Position numbers and translations under genes: made by a program. Below, one piece after another: positions 25,233 to 36,110 of a stretch of DNA of 64,000 nt. Position 1 is the stretch's first letter. The number at the start of each line of letters is the position of its first letter. Source of the stretch: Octopus bimaculoides (taxonomy: Eukaryota); the NCBI RefSeq assembly GCF_001194135.2, contig NC_069007.1, forward strand, positions 1 through 64,000. Direction: 5' to 3'. A model generated the notes under the pieces. The model was given only the letters and a program-made list of their open reading frames with translations, had not been told where the DNA came from and did not search any database.

Positions 25233-26753
25233 TTATGGCAGCTCTCCAGGGTGACTAAGTTTGTGTTTTTTTAAGAACCGATTTTCAGAGAATGATTTAC
25301 CACAGATATTACAGTGATAGGCATGTTCTCCTGTGTGATTAAGCCTGTGTTTTTTTAAGAAACGATTCTCTGAGAATGATTTACCACAGATGTCACAGTA
25401 AAAAGGTTTCTCGCCTGTATGAGTTCGTTTATGAACTTTCAAGTTACTACTTACAGTAAATGTTTTACCACAAATATCACAATGATATGGTGAATCTCCT
25501 GTATGAATGTACATATGTCTATTTAAGTTACTAGCTATAGAAAATGATTTACCACAGATATCACAGCGATGTGGTTTCTCTCCTGTGTGAATACGTTTGT
25601 GTTGAATTATGTTACTTTCAATAGAAGATGAATAACCACAAATATCACAATGATATGGTTTCTCTCCAGTATGAATGCGTGAGTGTTTTTTTAAGGTACT
25701 TTTTACAGAGAATGATTTACCACAGATATCACAGCGATATGGTTTCTCTCCTGTATGACTGCGTAAGTGATTGGTTAAAGCTCTACTTTGAGAGAACGAC
25801 TTACCGCAGATATCACATTGATGTGGCTTGCCTTTAGCATGAATCTGTTTGTGATCACATAGGACACTTTTATCAGAGAATGACTGACCACAAATGTTAC
25901 AGTGAAATGGTTTTTCTCCAGTATGGATCAGTTTATGTTTGGTAAAGGAACCCCTGAAGAAGAAAGATTTCCCACACATATCACAGTGATAAGGTTTCCC
26001 TCCTGTATGAACATATGCATGCGCATTCAAGGCACTTCTTTCGGAAAAGCCATCACCACAGACATGGCAGCGATAAGGTTTCTCTCCTGTATGAACATAG
26101 CCGTGAGCAACTAAAGCACATTTCTGAGAAAATCCATCACCACAAATATCACAGTAATATGGTTTCTTTCCTGTATGAATATACTTATGTGCAGCTAAGA
26201 GGTTGTTTTGACAGAATGATTCACCACAAATGTCACAGTGATATGGTTTTTCTCCTGTATGGGTCCGTACATGTTGTGCCAAAGTATACGCTTGAGAGAA
26301 TAACTTATTACATACATCACATTTGTATGGTTTTTCTCCTGTGTGACTCGTTATGTGTCTAGTTAAGTGAATAATCTGAGAGAATGATATACCACAGATA
26401 TCACAACGATATGGTTTCTCCCCTGTATGAATACGTTTGTGTTTAGTTAAGGTACTTCCATCGGAGAATGAATTACCACAGATATCACAGTGATATGGCT
26501 TCGCTCCTGTATGAACATAGTTGTGTCTAGCTAAATGATGTTTATGAGAAAATGATTTACCACAGATATCACAACTATATGGTTTCTTTTCTCCCGTATG
26601 CGTATATTTGTGGGAAGCCAAACTATCTGCACGCGAAAATGATTTACCACAGACATCACAGTGGTGGCATCGGTGATTAGTGAGTGTAAGAGCCTTAGAA
26701 AAGGACTTTTTACAGATATTGCAAGTGTATAATTTTTGCACTGTTTTTGCCAT
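25233..26753 (-). CDS. C2H2 zinc-finger array protein (ZNF3), 17 canonical + 1 degenerate fingers
   Basis: Intact 506-aa ORF; exon-2 acceptor TTTCAG|AAC at 27296/27295. Confidence 0.93.
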   Translation of the reverse strand: MAKTVQKLYTCNICKKSFSKALTLTNHRCHHCDVCGKSFSRADSLASHKYTHTGEKKPYSCDICGKSFSHKHHLARHNYVHTGAKPYHCDICGNSFSDGSTLTKHKRIHTGEKPYRCDICGISFSQIIHLTRHITSHTGEKPYKCDVCNKLFSQAYTLAQHVRTHTGEKPYHCDICGESFCQNNLLAAHKYIHTGKKPYYCDICGDGFSQKCALVAHGYVHTGEKPYRCHVCGDGFSERSALNAHAYVHTGGKPYHCDMCGKSFFFRGSFTKHKLIHTGEKPFHCNICGQSFSDKSVLCDHKQIHAKGKPHQCDICGKSFSQSRALTNHLRSHTGEKPYRCDICGKSFSVKSTLKKHSRIHTGEKPYHCDICGYSSSIESNIIQHKRIHTGEKPHRCDICGKSFSIASNLNRHMYIHTGDSPYHCDICGKTFTVSSNLKVHKRTHTGEKPFYCDICGKSFSENRFLKKHRLNHTGEHAYHCNICGKSFSENRFLKKHKLSHPGELP

Positions 26754-27799
26754 GTTTTTACAAAAAGAATCATTCTTTTAACCCATTAATATTCAGATTG
26801 CTTTGTCAAATGCAATGCTTATTTATTCAGTTTTGAATTAATCATGCATTATATTGTAGCTTAAAACTTTCAATGGCGTGTGTGTTTATTTTTAGATGAT
26901 ACAGGCTGGATCTAAAGCAGAATATTTTGGGCCAGATATGGCTGGTTTAAACAACCTAAAGGGTTGAGTGTCTCAAATATTGTTTCGATATTTTTTCTCT
27001 CACCATAATAAATTAATAGTTTTCAAATTTCTGCTTTTATAGTTCATGGCTAACAAATATTTCTTTTGCTATATTTCCATCATCTGTGATATCTGACACC
27101 ATCCAAAGATGGTGCAAATTCCTTTGTAAATTTACCCCAAGTTTATAGACAGGTCTAAAGAAATAGTTTACCATCAGTTTACATGAAAAGGGCTTTATGT
27201 TTCTTCTGCATAAGGTTTTCCTTGAGTCTTGAGACGATAATAATGATGATGCTTCTGAATTTAAAGATTCTCTTCTGTCAATGTCATCTGATGTTCTGAA
27301 ACAATAAACAAACAAAATAAGATATATGAGGTGCATTCCAGAAGTTTTGAGATTTTTTTTGAAGGAGAGTCAGTTATAACTCTCTTAGATTATTTGTAAT
27401 TTCAGTATATCATTACTATCAGTTGTTTGTTTAGCGGATTAGCGTTTTCACTAACTTTGGAAACCATTAGCAGACCAATCAGCTTCCGCTAAATTTCGTT
27501 CTGCTAACAAAATTCAGACGTTTGTTCCTGTCTTGAAGAGTCCATCAGGCACACTATTGGCTGAATGTGTGTGTACACGTGAGAAGACGTGATTGGTTGA
27601 TGCAGCAGCATTGTGTAATTCTGCAGTCTTGAGTTCTGTTCTCTTATGATGTTGTCACATTACAGTGACAGTGGTGTACCTTATTAGCTTATCGAGTTAT
27701 TGTTATGAGGACATTTTTGTTCAGCTTGAGGATGAAGGGCCAGTTTAGGAATCTGCAGTGGTTGTGGGTGAGGTGGAGAGCAAAAGAGTCTCAGAACAC

Positions 27800-28320
27800 A
27801 TGGCTCCACCTGGAGGACTAATTTGTCCTTACATCAAGGGATAAGAGGAATGCCAAAATACTGTATTTCCAGTGCATCATGTGCCAGTCCAAGGAGACCA
27901 CCATCAAGGGACAAGTGGGGAGCCTCTACAACTTGAAGCTACATGTCAAGAAGAAACACCCAGTACATGCCATCCACTTTGAGGAGAGGATTCAGCTCTT
28001 CCCGTGGGAAACACAGACAATCTTTTGGTAGCAGTGCCAGTAACCAGTCGTTGCAGCCATGTGCAAAGAAAGCATGCCCGCCTAGCATTGGCAAGGCTTT
28101 GACCAAACTGCTGACATGGGCGTCCATCAATCTATGGTGGACAGAAAGATTGTAGACCTGTTTGTCGACAACATGCTACCACTGCATGGAGTGGAGTTCC
28201 CCATCTTTGTTGGCTTGATCAAGATGCTGAACCCCAACAAGACATCAATGTCCTACCACACCCTGAACAGGATGATCTTGGCTGGACATAAACAGCTGGA
28301 GGAGTATTTTTCAAGGCATT
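27800..28320 (+). mobile_element. hAT (Tol2-like) transposase remnant with BED zinc finger
   Basis: FQCIMCQSKETTIKGQVGSLYNLKLHVKKKHP (BED finger), then QSMVDRKIVDLFVDNMLPLHGVEFPIFVGLIKMLNP..MSYHTL; frameshifted. Confidence 0.8.
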
Positions 28321-28969
28321 TATACCACACAACCACACCTGCATCCTGTAGGAGAAATTATGATAAACATGTTTATATCATTTGTTACCCACGTATGTTT
28401 CACCGTTGTGGTTGTGCAGTGGAACCACACAGCACTGGAAATGCAACTGAAATGCAATTAGGCAGAATTCTGCTTCAAGTACACAGAAACCTTTCGCGAA
28501 TGTCTGTTCTACACATGGGAATTCAATTATGCAAAACAAAAAGAAATTAAAAAAGATTTTTTTGTGTGATTTAAGGAGGTATTTAGCTGTTATTTTTTAG
28601 CACATCTCACAATAACCAAAATACACAACTCCTTTGTTTGTAAGTCTGACGTATTGATGTTTTTCAATATCTTTCTCGTCATAAACACATTGAATAGTCT
28701 ATTGATGAGATTTAATAAAAAAAAAATTCCGACTGTCCATATTTTGAAATTGATTAAAATTTTCTTTTTATTAGTCGTGTGAATTCCCGTGTGTAGAATA
28801 CAAATTTGCAAACATTTTCTGAGTGGGTCGTATTTGGCACGTTTTACTGTCGAAGCTGACTAGTTTGCAGAATGCATTTAGGACATGAAGACTGTACGGA
28901 AGCTTGCTCTGCAATAGAGGTTGTTAGTTTAAAATTATGATAGAAAGAACAAATATAGGAAAAATTGCG

Positions 28970-29740
28970 ATAAACATGTTTATATCATTTGTTTTGCTTG
29001 AAACCTGCACTGGATGTTCCGAGTGCATTTGGAGGCCACGACAGAGCATCAAGGGTGTTTTTTGTGGCATTAAGTGATGCAGTAAAGTATTCGGCACTAT
29101 CATGCTATTAGCTGTCAGAAGTGAAAGTGCTCACTGCTAGTGAAGTATCTGTCTGTCTGCCTGCATGCCTGTTGCTGGCCTGTCGATTCTTTGGCTACTG
29201 ACAGCTAATACCATGACTGGCCGGAGCGAGCTATATGTCTGTCTCTCTCTCTCTCTTATCTATCTATCTATTACTCGAAAGTTCGCGCGTCCTATTATTT
29301 TTAAACTTCAAACTTCATTTGTTTTCTATTTTGATAAATTCTCTCTGTTGAAAATTATATTTTTTATATTTTAGATAATTTGCAATTTCAGGAAATATGT
29401 TTTTATATTAAATTTGTGTTTTCTACTCACGACTAGCTAGCGCGGACGCGCGAACTTTCGAGTAATAGATAGATAGAGAGAGAGACAGACAGACAGACAG
29501 ATAGCTCGCTCCGGCCAGTCATGGTATTAGCTGTCAGTAGCCAAAGAATCGACAGGCCAGCAACAGGCATGCAGACAGACAGACAGATACTTCACTAGCA
29601 GTGAGCACTTTCACTTCTGACAGCTAATAGCATGACAGTGCCAAGTATTTCCTGGCTTGTCGTTGTCGTTAATCACTCGGAACATCCAGGGTTGGGGTTC
29701 ACACCAAACACAGGAAGATAATGATATAAACATGTGTTTA
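28970..29740. repeat. Long inverted repeat (fold-back element)
   Basis: ~29090-29290 is a near-perfect reverse complement of ~29441-29640. Outer arms share TAAACATGTTTATATCATT and CTGGATGTTCCGAGTG. Confidence 0.9.
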
Positions 29741-30335
29741 TAGTGATTTTTTTTTATACACAAATGTGTGTGTCTGAAGGTGCATGGCCTAGTGGTTAGG
29801 GTGTTGCACTCACGATCGCTAGATCGTGGGTTCAATCCCTGTGGCGTTGCCATCACTTCGAGATCAGATGTGTGGTAACGGGTAAGGTCGATCCGATGAA
29901 GTGAGTGAGCTAATTAATGGACAGCACAATACATTTGATTACTGCAAACAAATCATTTGTGCAAAAACTGTTGGTGTGTTTATGTCGAGAGATTCCACCA
30001 CACACACACACACAAACAAACATACACACACACAAACATACAGACACACACACACACACCAAAGATCGTCAATTTTCCGCTGCAAAATCGTAAGGTAAAC
30101 CATCTGAAATGTTTTTTTTTTTTTCATAAATAAAACGTGTATTTTCAAGTTATGGGGGGGAAACAAAAGTTTAATTACGCCTATGTATTATACTAGAAGG
30201 ATCTGCTGTAATTAAAAGGACCATTCTCCCCTTTCTGGAGAAAAGGGTCAAAGGGAGATGTCGCTTTCACAACAGAAGCAGTAAAGATAAGGAAAAAATA
30301 GAAAATAAATAGTATGAAACCGTGGATAAACAGGA

Positions 30336-30462
30336 TTACTTTACCATGACATACAAACTGGACAATTTCGGCGATGAACGGGATAAGGATGAAAGGAATT
30401 CTTTTGAAAATAATCTTCGGAGCCTCAAAGAAGCCATGTCCGTTTGCGCATGCGTATTGAGG
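30336..30462 (-). promoter_or_regulatory. Promoter/first exon module D (ZNF3)
   Basis: TGCGCATGCG at 30445-30454 followed by GAGGAAAT; donor CATG|GTAAAGTAA at 30336-30348. Confidence 0.78.
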
Positions 30463-30705
30463 AAATGCTTTCCATCTACAAAAAGCTAGACATTAGAGAT
30501 ACAATTACACTTTAGCGCCCCACCAATTTTCTTTCTTCATAATTTGAATATTTTTCTTTTTTCTTTTACTTGTTTTCGTCATTAAAACTGCGACCATGCT
30601 GGGACACACTGACCTGAAGGGTTTAATCGAATAAACCGACCCCAGTCTGGTGCTTATTATATTAGATTTTTGTTGCTGAAACGCTAGGTTACAAAGACAT
30701 AAACG

Positions 30706-30850
30706 CAGGCGTGGCTGTGTGGTAAGCAACTTGCTTCCCAACCACGTGGTTTTGGGTTCAGTCCCACTGCATGGTACCTTGGGCAAATGTCTTCTACTAT
30801 GGTCTTGAGCCTTGTTAGTCTATTCAGTAGACGGAAACTGAAAGACTGTC
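30706..30850 (+). mobile_element. tRNA-derived SINE head
   Basis: GGCGTGGCTGTGTGGTAAG..GGTTCAGTCCCAC (box A/B-like)..CCTTGGGCAA. Related copies at ~10480-10560, 29778-29850, 39356-39470, 40105-40325 and 55455-55590. Family name not assigned. Confidence 0.75.
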
Positions 30851-30851
30851 A

Positions 30852-30899
<48 letters not shown>

Positions 30900-32811
30900 C
30901 TTATTTTTGGTAGTTTTTTTTACTTATTTAGTCCCTCGATAGCGTGAGGCATTGATACACAGTTAATGCCCTTTATATATAANNNNNNNNNNNNNNNNNN
31001 NNNNNNNNNNNNNNNNNNNNNNNNNNNNNNNNNNNNNNNNNNNNNNNNNNNNNNNNNNNNNNNNNNNNNNNNNNNNNNNNNNNNNNNNNNNNNNNNNNNN
31101 NNNNNNNNNNNNNNNNNNNNNNNNNNNNNNNNNTATATATATATATATGAGAGAGGGAAATTTCTATTCATCCATTCGTAGTCAAAAGGTTCTTCCTGAG
31201 CTATAAGAACAATAATAATTACAGACTGGAAGAGAAATGCTACTCTGAGATTGCAGAAAGCTATTAATATGGCAACATATGAAATCAACTGTGCTACTTT
31301 TGTAGCAACAGAGGTCCTTGGTCATCTGTCCTAGGTTGTCCACCTCTAAAATATGTGCCAAATGGTTTTTATAGGGGACCAGAAGCCATATTCTAGAATG
31401 TTACAATAAAATTCTGTTCACACCATCTCTTCATGCCTATTTGCTTTGCTAATAGACTGATCACGTGAAACTACGGTGGTTAGCTTGTGATGTTTACCTG
31501 TATGTCCAGGGATCCAGTTTTAAGCCACTGCTACAGGATTGTAAGATCAGTTTCCTGGATTCTGTAGTGTAGATATTCCTCCTAAACAGGACCCCGATCT
31601 GTCACAGGATTACTCAGTTTTGTCAGCTGAGTGGACTGCAACAATACGAAATGAAGTGTTTTACTGAAGAACACAGTATATCACCTGTTCTAGGAATTGA
31701 AACTGCATTCTTATGATCATGAGTGCAATATCTTAACCACTAAGCTATGCACCCCCACATCTGTCTACAGTAATCATTGTTTAATTCACCCTCTTGTCAT
31801 TTGGAAAAATTTGACCATGTTGCGGCACTACCTTTCAGGGTTTAGTCACAAATCAACCCAGTTGATTTTAAATTCTGGTTCTTATTCTGTCAGTCTCTTT
31901 AGCTGGACTGCTAAGTTATGGGGATGTGAACTGGTGCTATGAAATAAGCATCCAGTACACTGTAAAGTGATTGGCATTTAGAAGGGCATCTACCTGTAGA
32001 AGCCATACCAAAACAGACAAAGGAGCTCAGTGCTGAATTCTGGCTTGTTATTTCATATCAAATTAAGTTATGCCAGCATGGAAGAAGAAAGTTAAATTAG
32101 AATGATGTTGATGATGATGAAATGTGGAAATTTCTTATCATCACAGACATGTGAAACCCATACCAGCATGCAAAAATGAAGATTAAAACATTGATGGTGA
32201 TGATTCACAAATTGAATCATCTTCATCATCATTTATTACCAACTTTCATGCTGCTATGAGTTGTATGGTTTGACTGGAGCTGTGAGCTGATCATGTTTTA
32301 TATTTGTATTGAGTTCAACATTATACTGACTCTCAGAAATTAGCAATTAGCTTAAACATCAAATCATGAAGGACTCATCATCATCATGTCCACTTTTCCA
32401 TACCTGCATGGATCAGATGAAATTTGTCAAGGTAGAATTTCTGTGACTGGATACTTTTCCTGTCGTTAAATACTCACCTGTTTCCAGACAAGATATTTCC
32501 TTTTGGCCAGACATGTTTACACAAAAGATTGAAAGAACACTGCTTGTTTTTTGTTTTTTTATTGTGTGATGGTTGTAAATGAGTGTCACTCACTATCTTA
32601 TAAGCAAAAGCAGACACAAACACACACATATGTATGTATGTGTGTGTGTGTATACACGCATATATGTATACAGACAGATATACATACATACACGCATACA
32701 TACATACATACACACACACCTGTCCACTTAGACAGGAAAGTGTTGCTGTTTACTTCTCTCTACCACATTCTACTCTGGGTTCACCCATTTCATTGATGTT
32801 GCTGATAATTT

Positions 32812-33275
32812 ATTGGGTTGTCCGGAAAGTTCTTGCCGATTTTTAAAGGAAAGAAAAAGGTCAATAAATACTTGCCATTACATTTTTAATCAACCAAATA
32901 TGAACCATTTCGTTGCACAATGCGTCTCCATCTTTCCTTTGACTTGAAAATACCCTCCTCCCAGGATTGAAGTGGTTTCATGGCAAAGAATTCATCAAGG
33001 TATCTTTATACGTCATCCAAGGAATTGAAATTTTTTACCATTTAAGACTATTCTGCATAGACCTGAATAAGTGGAAATCCGAAGGAGCAATATCTGGTGA
33101 ATATGGAAGGTGGGGTAACACATCCCAGCCAAGCTGCAGCAATTTTTGTCCGGTTCCCAAAGAAACATGAGGTTTTGCATTATCATGCTGGAAAACAACA
33201 CCCTTCCTGTTGGCCAATTCTGGAAGTTTTTCTTGAATTGCTGCTTTTAACCTCGGCACAATTTGAAATCAGAAC
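32812..33275 (-). mobile_element. Mariner transposase 3' remnant
   Basis: PELANRKGVVFQHDNAKPH..LGWDVLPHLPYSPDIAPSDFHLFRS; TIR-like TATTGGGTTGTCCGGAAAGTTC at 32812. Confidence 0.9.
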
Positions 33276-33339
33276 GTAGCAGCAGACGAAATACCTATTT
33301 CTTTACTGCCCACAAGGGGCTACACACAGAGGGGACAAA

Positions 33340-33520
33340 CAAGGACAGACAAACGGATTAAGTCGATTATATCGACCCCAGTGCGTAACTGGTACTTAAT
33401 TTATCGACCCCGAAAGGATGAAAGGCAAAGTCGACCTCGGCGGAATTTGAAGTCAGAACGCAATGGCAGACGAACTACCGCTAAGCATGTCGCCCGGCGT
33501 GCTAACGTCTCTGTTCGTCG
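33340..33520 (+). mobile_element. SINE body/tail (ATCGACCCC..GGATGAAAGGCAAAGTCGACCTCGGCGGAATTTGAA family)
   Basis: Recurrent diverged copies at ~14410-14540, 34860-34990, 38930-39190, 50330-50470 and 55690-56110, and on the minus strand at ~560-960. Confidence 0.7.
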
Positions 33521-34994
33521 CCTTTACAAGAGAGAAAATTACCAGAGAACTTTCTAATTCTTCCAAATCTTTCTGTTAAAAATTGTAATGTGTTGTTAAT
33601 CGCACATTGAATGCCGATTCAAATCGAAAGAATATCGTTTACTCGTTTCCTTTTGTCATTGAGCATTGAGGTGGTTGTGAGGTGTGCTAAAAATAACAGC
33701 CAAATAAGATTGTTTTGAATAAATCTTTTAAATTAAAATAAATATTTATTTACATGTGACATAACACATGTTGTTTACAAATATTTACAACACGTGCTTT
33801 TTTTTAGGATGTTGACGACAAAATGTGCAGACGTGCACAAAATAACAGCTTCCAAATCCTGTTTTACAACCGTGTGAAAGTGATCAGACTTTAAACCACT
33901 AAAACATTTAAAAAACATTTTCTGGGAAAAAATGAAATAAGTCCAACAATTCAGTTTGGGCAAGTGTATTATTGTACCAAATTTGAAAATTTTCGGTACA
34001 CTTTCATCCTATTTATAAGATGTTAATTAAAAACTAGTTTGACAACAGTATAGTACGTTCATAATTTTAATCCTTTAAAATCAACAGGAAAAATAAAAGG
34101 AAAATAATTTCGTAAAATAGTTAAAAAATTATAATAATAAAGGATTTCTTTCTCAAATAATTTCTCTACAGAAATGAGCAAATTCACTGCAGGTTAAGGG
34201 TCCTTTAAACCCTAAAGTTTTGTAAGTTGCAGCCGAAATGATTTCCTAGAATGAGGTTGAAAGTAGAGTTAACTCCCCTTGTCCGTTAATTGTGAAATCT
34301 TCGCCGAATTCTGTTGATTTCCTGCTTTTTGTTTCTTTGCACGTTTCTATTATTTGATCTGTTACACTTTACAACTGATATAAGAAAACCCACTGAAATA
34401 TATTACATGATTGGTAATTAGTTGTGTAAAGAAATAGACACAGCATTCTTTATTATGTTCACCTGAAAACTATAATTCAACGTTTGGACCACTTGAACAT
34501 AATTGTCACATCTTTCTAATTAGCTTTCTCTACATTAAGATGTAAGTATCATATTTATATAAACATTTATATTGTATACGCGTTATTTTACGTAATTCCG
34601 TTTGTTTCGATTTACTAGAATTTCAAATAGACAAACTTCTCTAGAAGATAAAATATTCATCTGTAATAATAAAAATAAACAATTCGTATATTTATATGTA
34701 CCGGTGGGAGTGTGTCGGATCTGATTTTAAACATATAAGAATACAAATAGTAAAATATAACAGAAATGAAGTGAATATTCGAAACTGAAAATATACCCAG
34801 GTTCTGTAATATACGTTGCGACATGGAAAAAAAGAAGCATGTAACAATAATAATCCTTTGTATTAAAGGCACAAAGCCTGACATTTTGGGGGGAGCTTGC
34901 TTGGTCGATAACATCGATAGCAGTACTTGAGCATTTTATTTTATCGACTCCAAAAACATGAAAGCACATAAAGACAGAGACGAAATGCCGCTAA

Positions 34995-35200
34995 GTTAGA
35001 ATAATAATGATAATGCCAGCGACTGCGGGACGAGATAGGAAAGTAATGGTGATACTGGTGGTGACTGGAGCCTTAATAGCAGTTTTCAAGAGCCTTGAGA
35101 AATATATTAAGAATATTGCAACTGCTGTAAGGCTCGAAGTGATCCAGAAGACTGCATCGTTGGGTACAGCTCGCATTCTAAGAAGAGTGTTGTCTCTGAG
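34995..35200 (+). mobile_element. 3' end of an R4/Dong-like (RLE-type) non-LTR element
   Basis: VVTGALIAVFKSLEKYIKNI..EVIQKTASLGTARILRRVL matches the typical C-terminal GALG..LQKxALLGTAxILRxVL pattern. Confidence 0.7.
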
Positions 35201-35821
35201 TTACGGGAGAAGAAGGCTCTGCTTTAAATCTTTGGTGATTTGTTATTTCCTGTTTTCAAGTAAAAAACAACCGCAAACAGAACAGCGAGAATCAAAACAA
35301 TAATAATGATAATCTAGCACAAATGTATATCTGTTGCATTATATGATATATTTGAGCTTAACGATGTGCTAATAATTGACCTCTTAGATTATGTCGATAT
35401 TATAATATCTACATAATTTAAGAGGTCAATTATGATGGTTAGTCTTCTGGGTAAATTTTGATACTTTCACCCGCACGAGTTTCACTAAGGAATCAAGTAG
35501 CCTGACCTGATATGCCGGAAACCCCTTATTTTTGTTCAGTAAAAAAAGGGGTTGGTGGGTGGGGGGGAGGAACCGGACTTTCTCCTATCCCGGAATCATT
35601 GGAATTTTTTTTTTCCTTTGAATGAATTACGGTGACCTAATATGCCACAAAAACTTTTTTTTTTGGTCCGGAAAAGGGGGTGAGACGGGGTGGAATCCTC
35701 GGAAATTTCAACCCCCACACCTGTACAATTTTCACCAAGAAAAACAAGATGATTTTTTGCATGGAATCAAGTAGCCTGGGTTCATGGGTGGAAGGCCATG
35801 GTTGGGAGACTGGTGGTTGTA

Positions 35822-36110
35822 TCATGGTGGGGTGTGCAGATACGATAGGATGTACTTCCTTTCATATAGGCAAGGATTAAACACTTCGCTTCTGCTATTC
35901 AGGTAAATATCCGGGTGCTGGGTACCCTTTAAAATCGCTCTCTTCTCAGCCAGGCACAACCTGCACTTCCTGCTGTTATTGAAGTGCAGTTTACGTTTCT
36001 CCAGTATCTTCCACTTTATGGTCACCATTTTTTTCACAGCAACCACAAACTGGATATGTCCATTCACCTCTGAATAGAAAGCACTTGTCAAATTCCTTTC
36101 CATATCAACT
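35822..36110 (-). mobile_element. Penelope-like element, GIY-YIG endonuclease C-terminus
   Basis: IKWKILEK..NNSRKCRLCLAEKRAI..LNSRSEVFNPC, characteristic of the Penelope/Neptune C-terminal region. Confidence 0.75.

Noticed and set aside
29778-29850. tRNA gene
   Set aside because: Only box A/B-like parts within SINE heads; no full cloverleaf could be supported.
30345-30437. Exon-1 peptide MASLRLRRLFSKEFLSSLSRSSPKLSSLYVM resembling a mitochondrial presequence
   Set aside because: After splicing it stops three codons into exon 2, and the peptide is not conserved in the other modules; treated as a uORF.
35489-35778. 16-bp direct repeat GGAATCAAGTAGCCTG around ~260 bp
   Set aside because: Could be a TSD or an internal repeat of an unclassified element; no poly(A), TIR or coding signal to interpret it.
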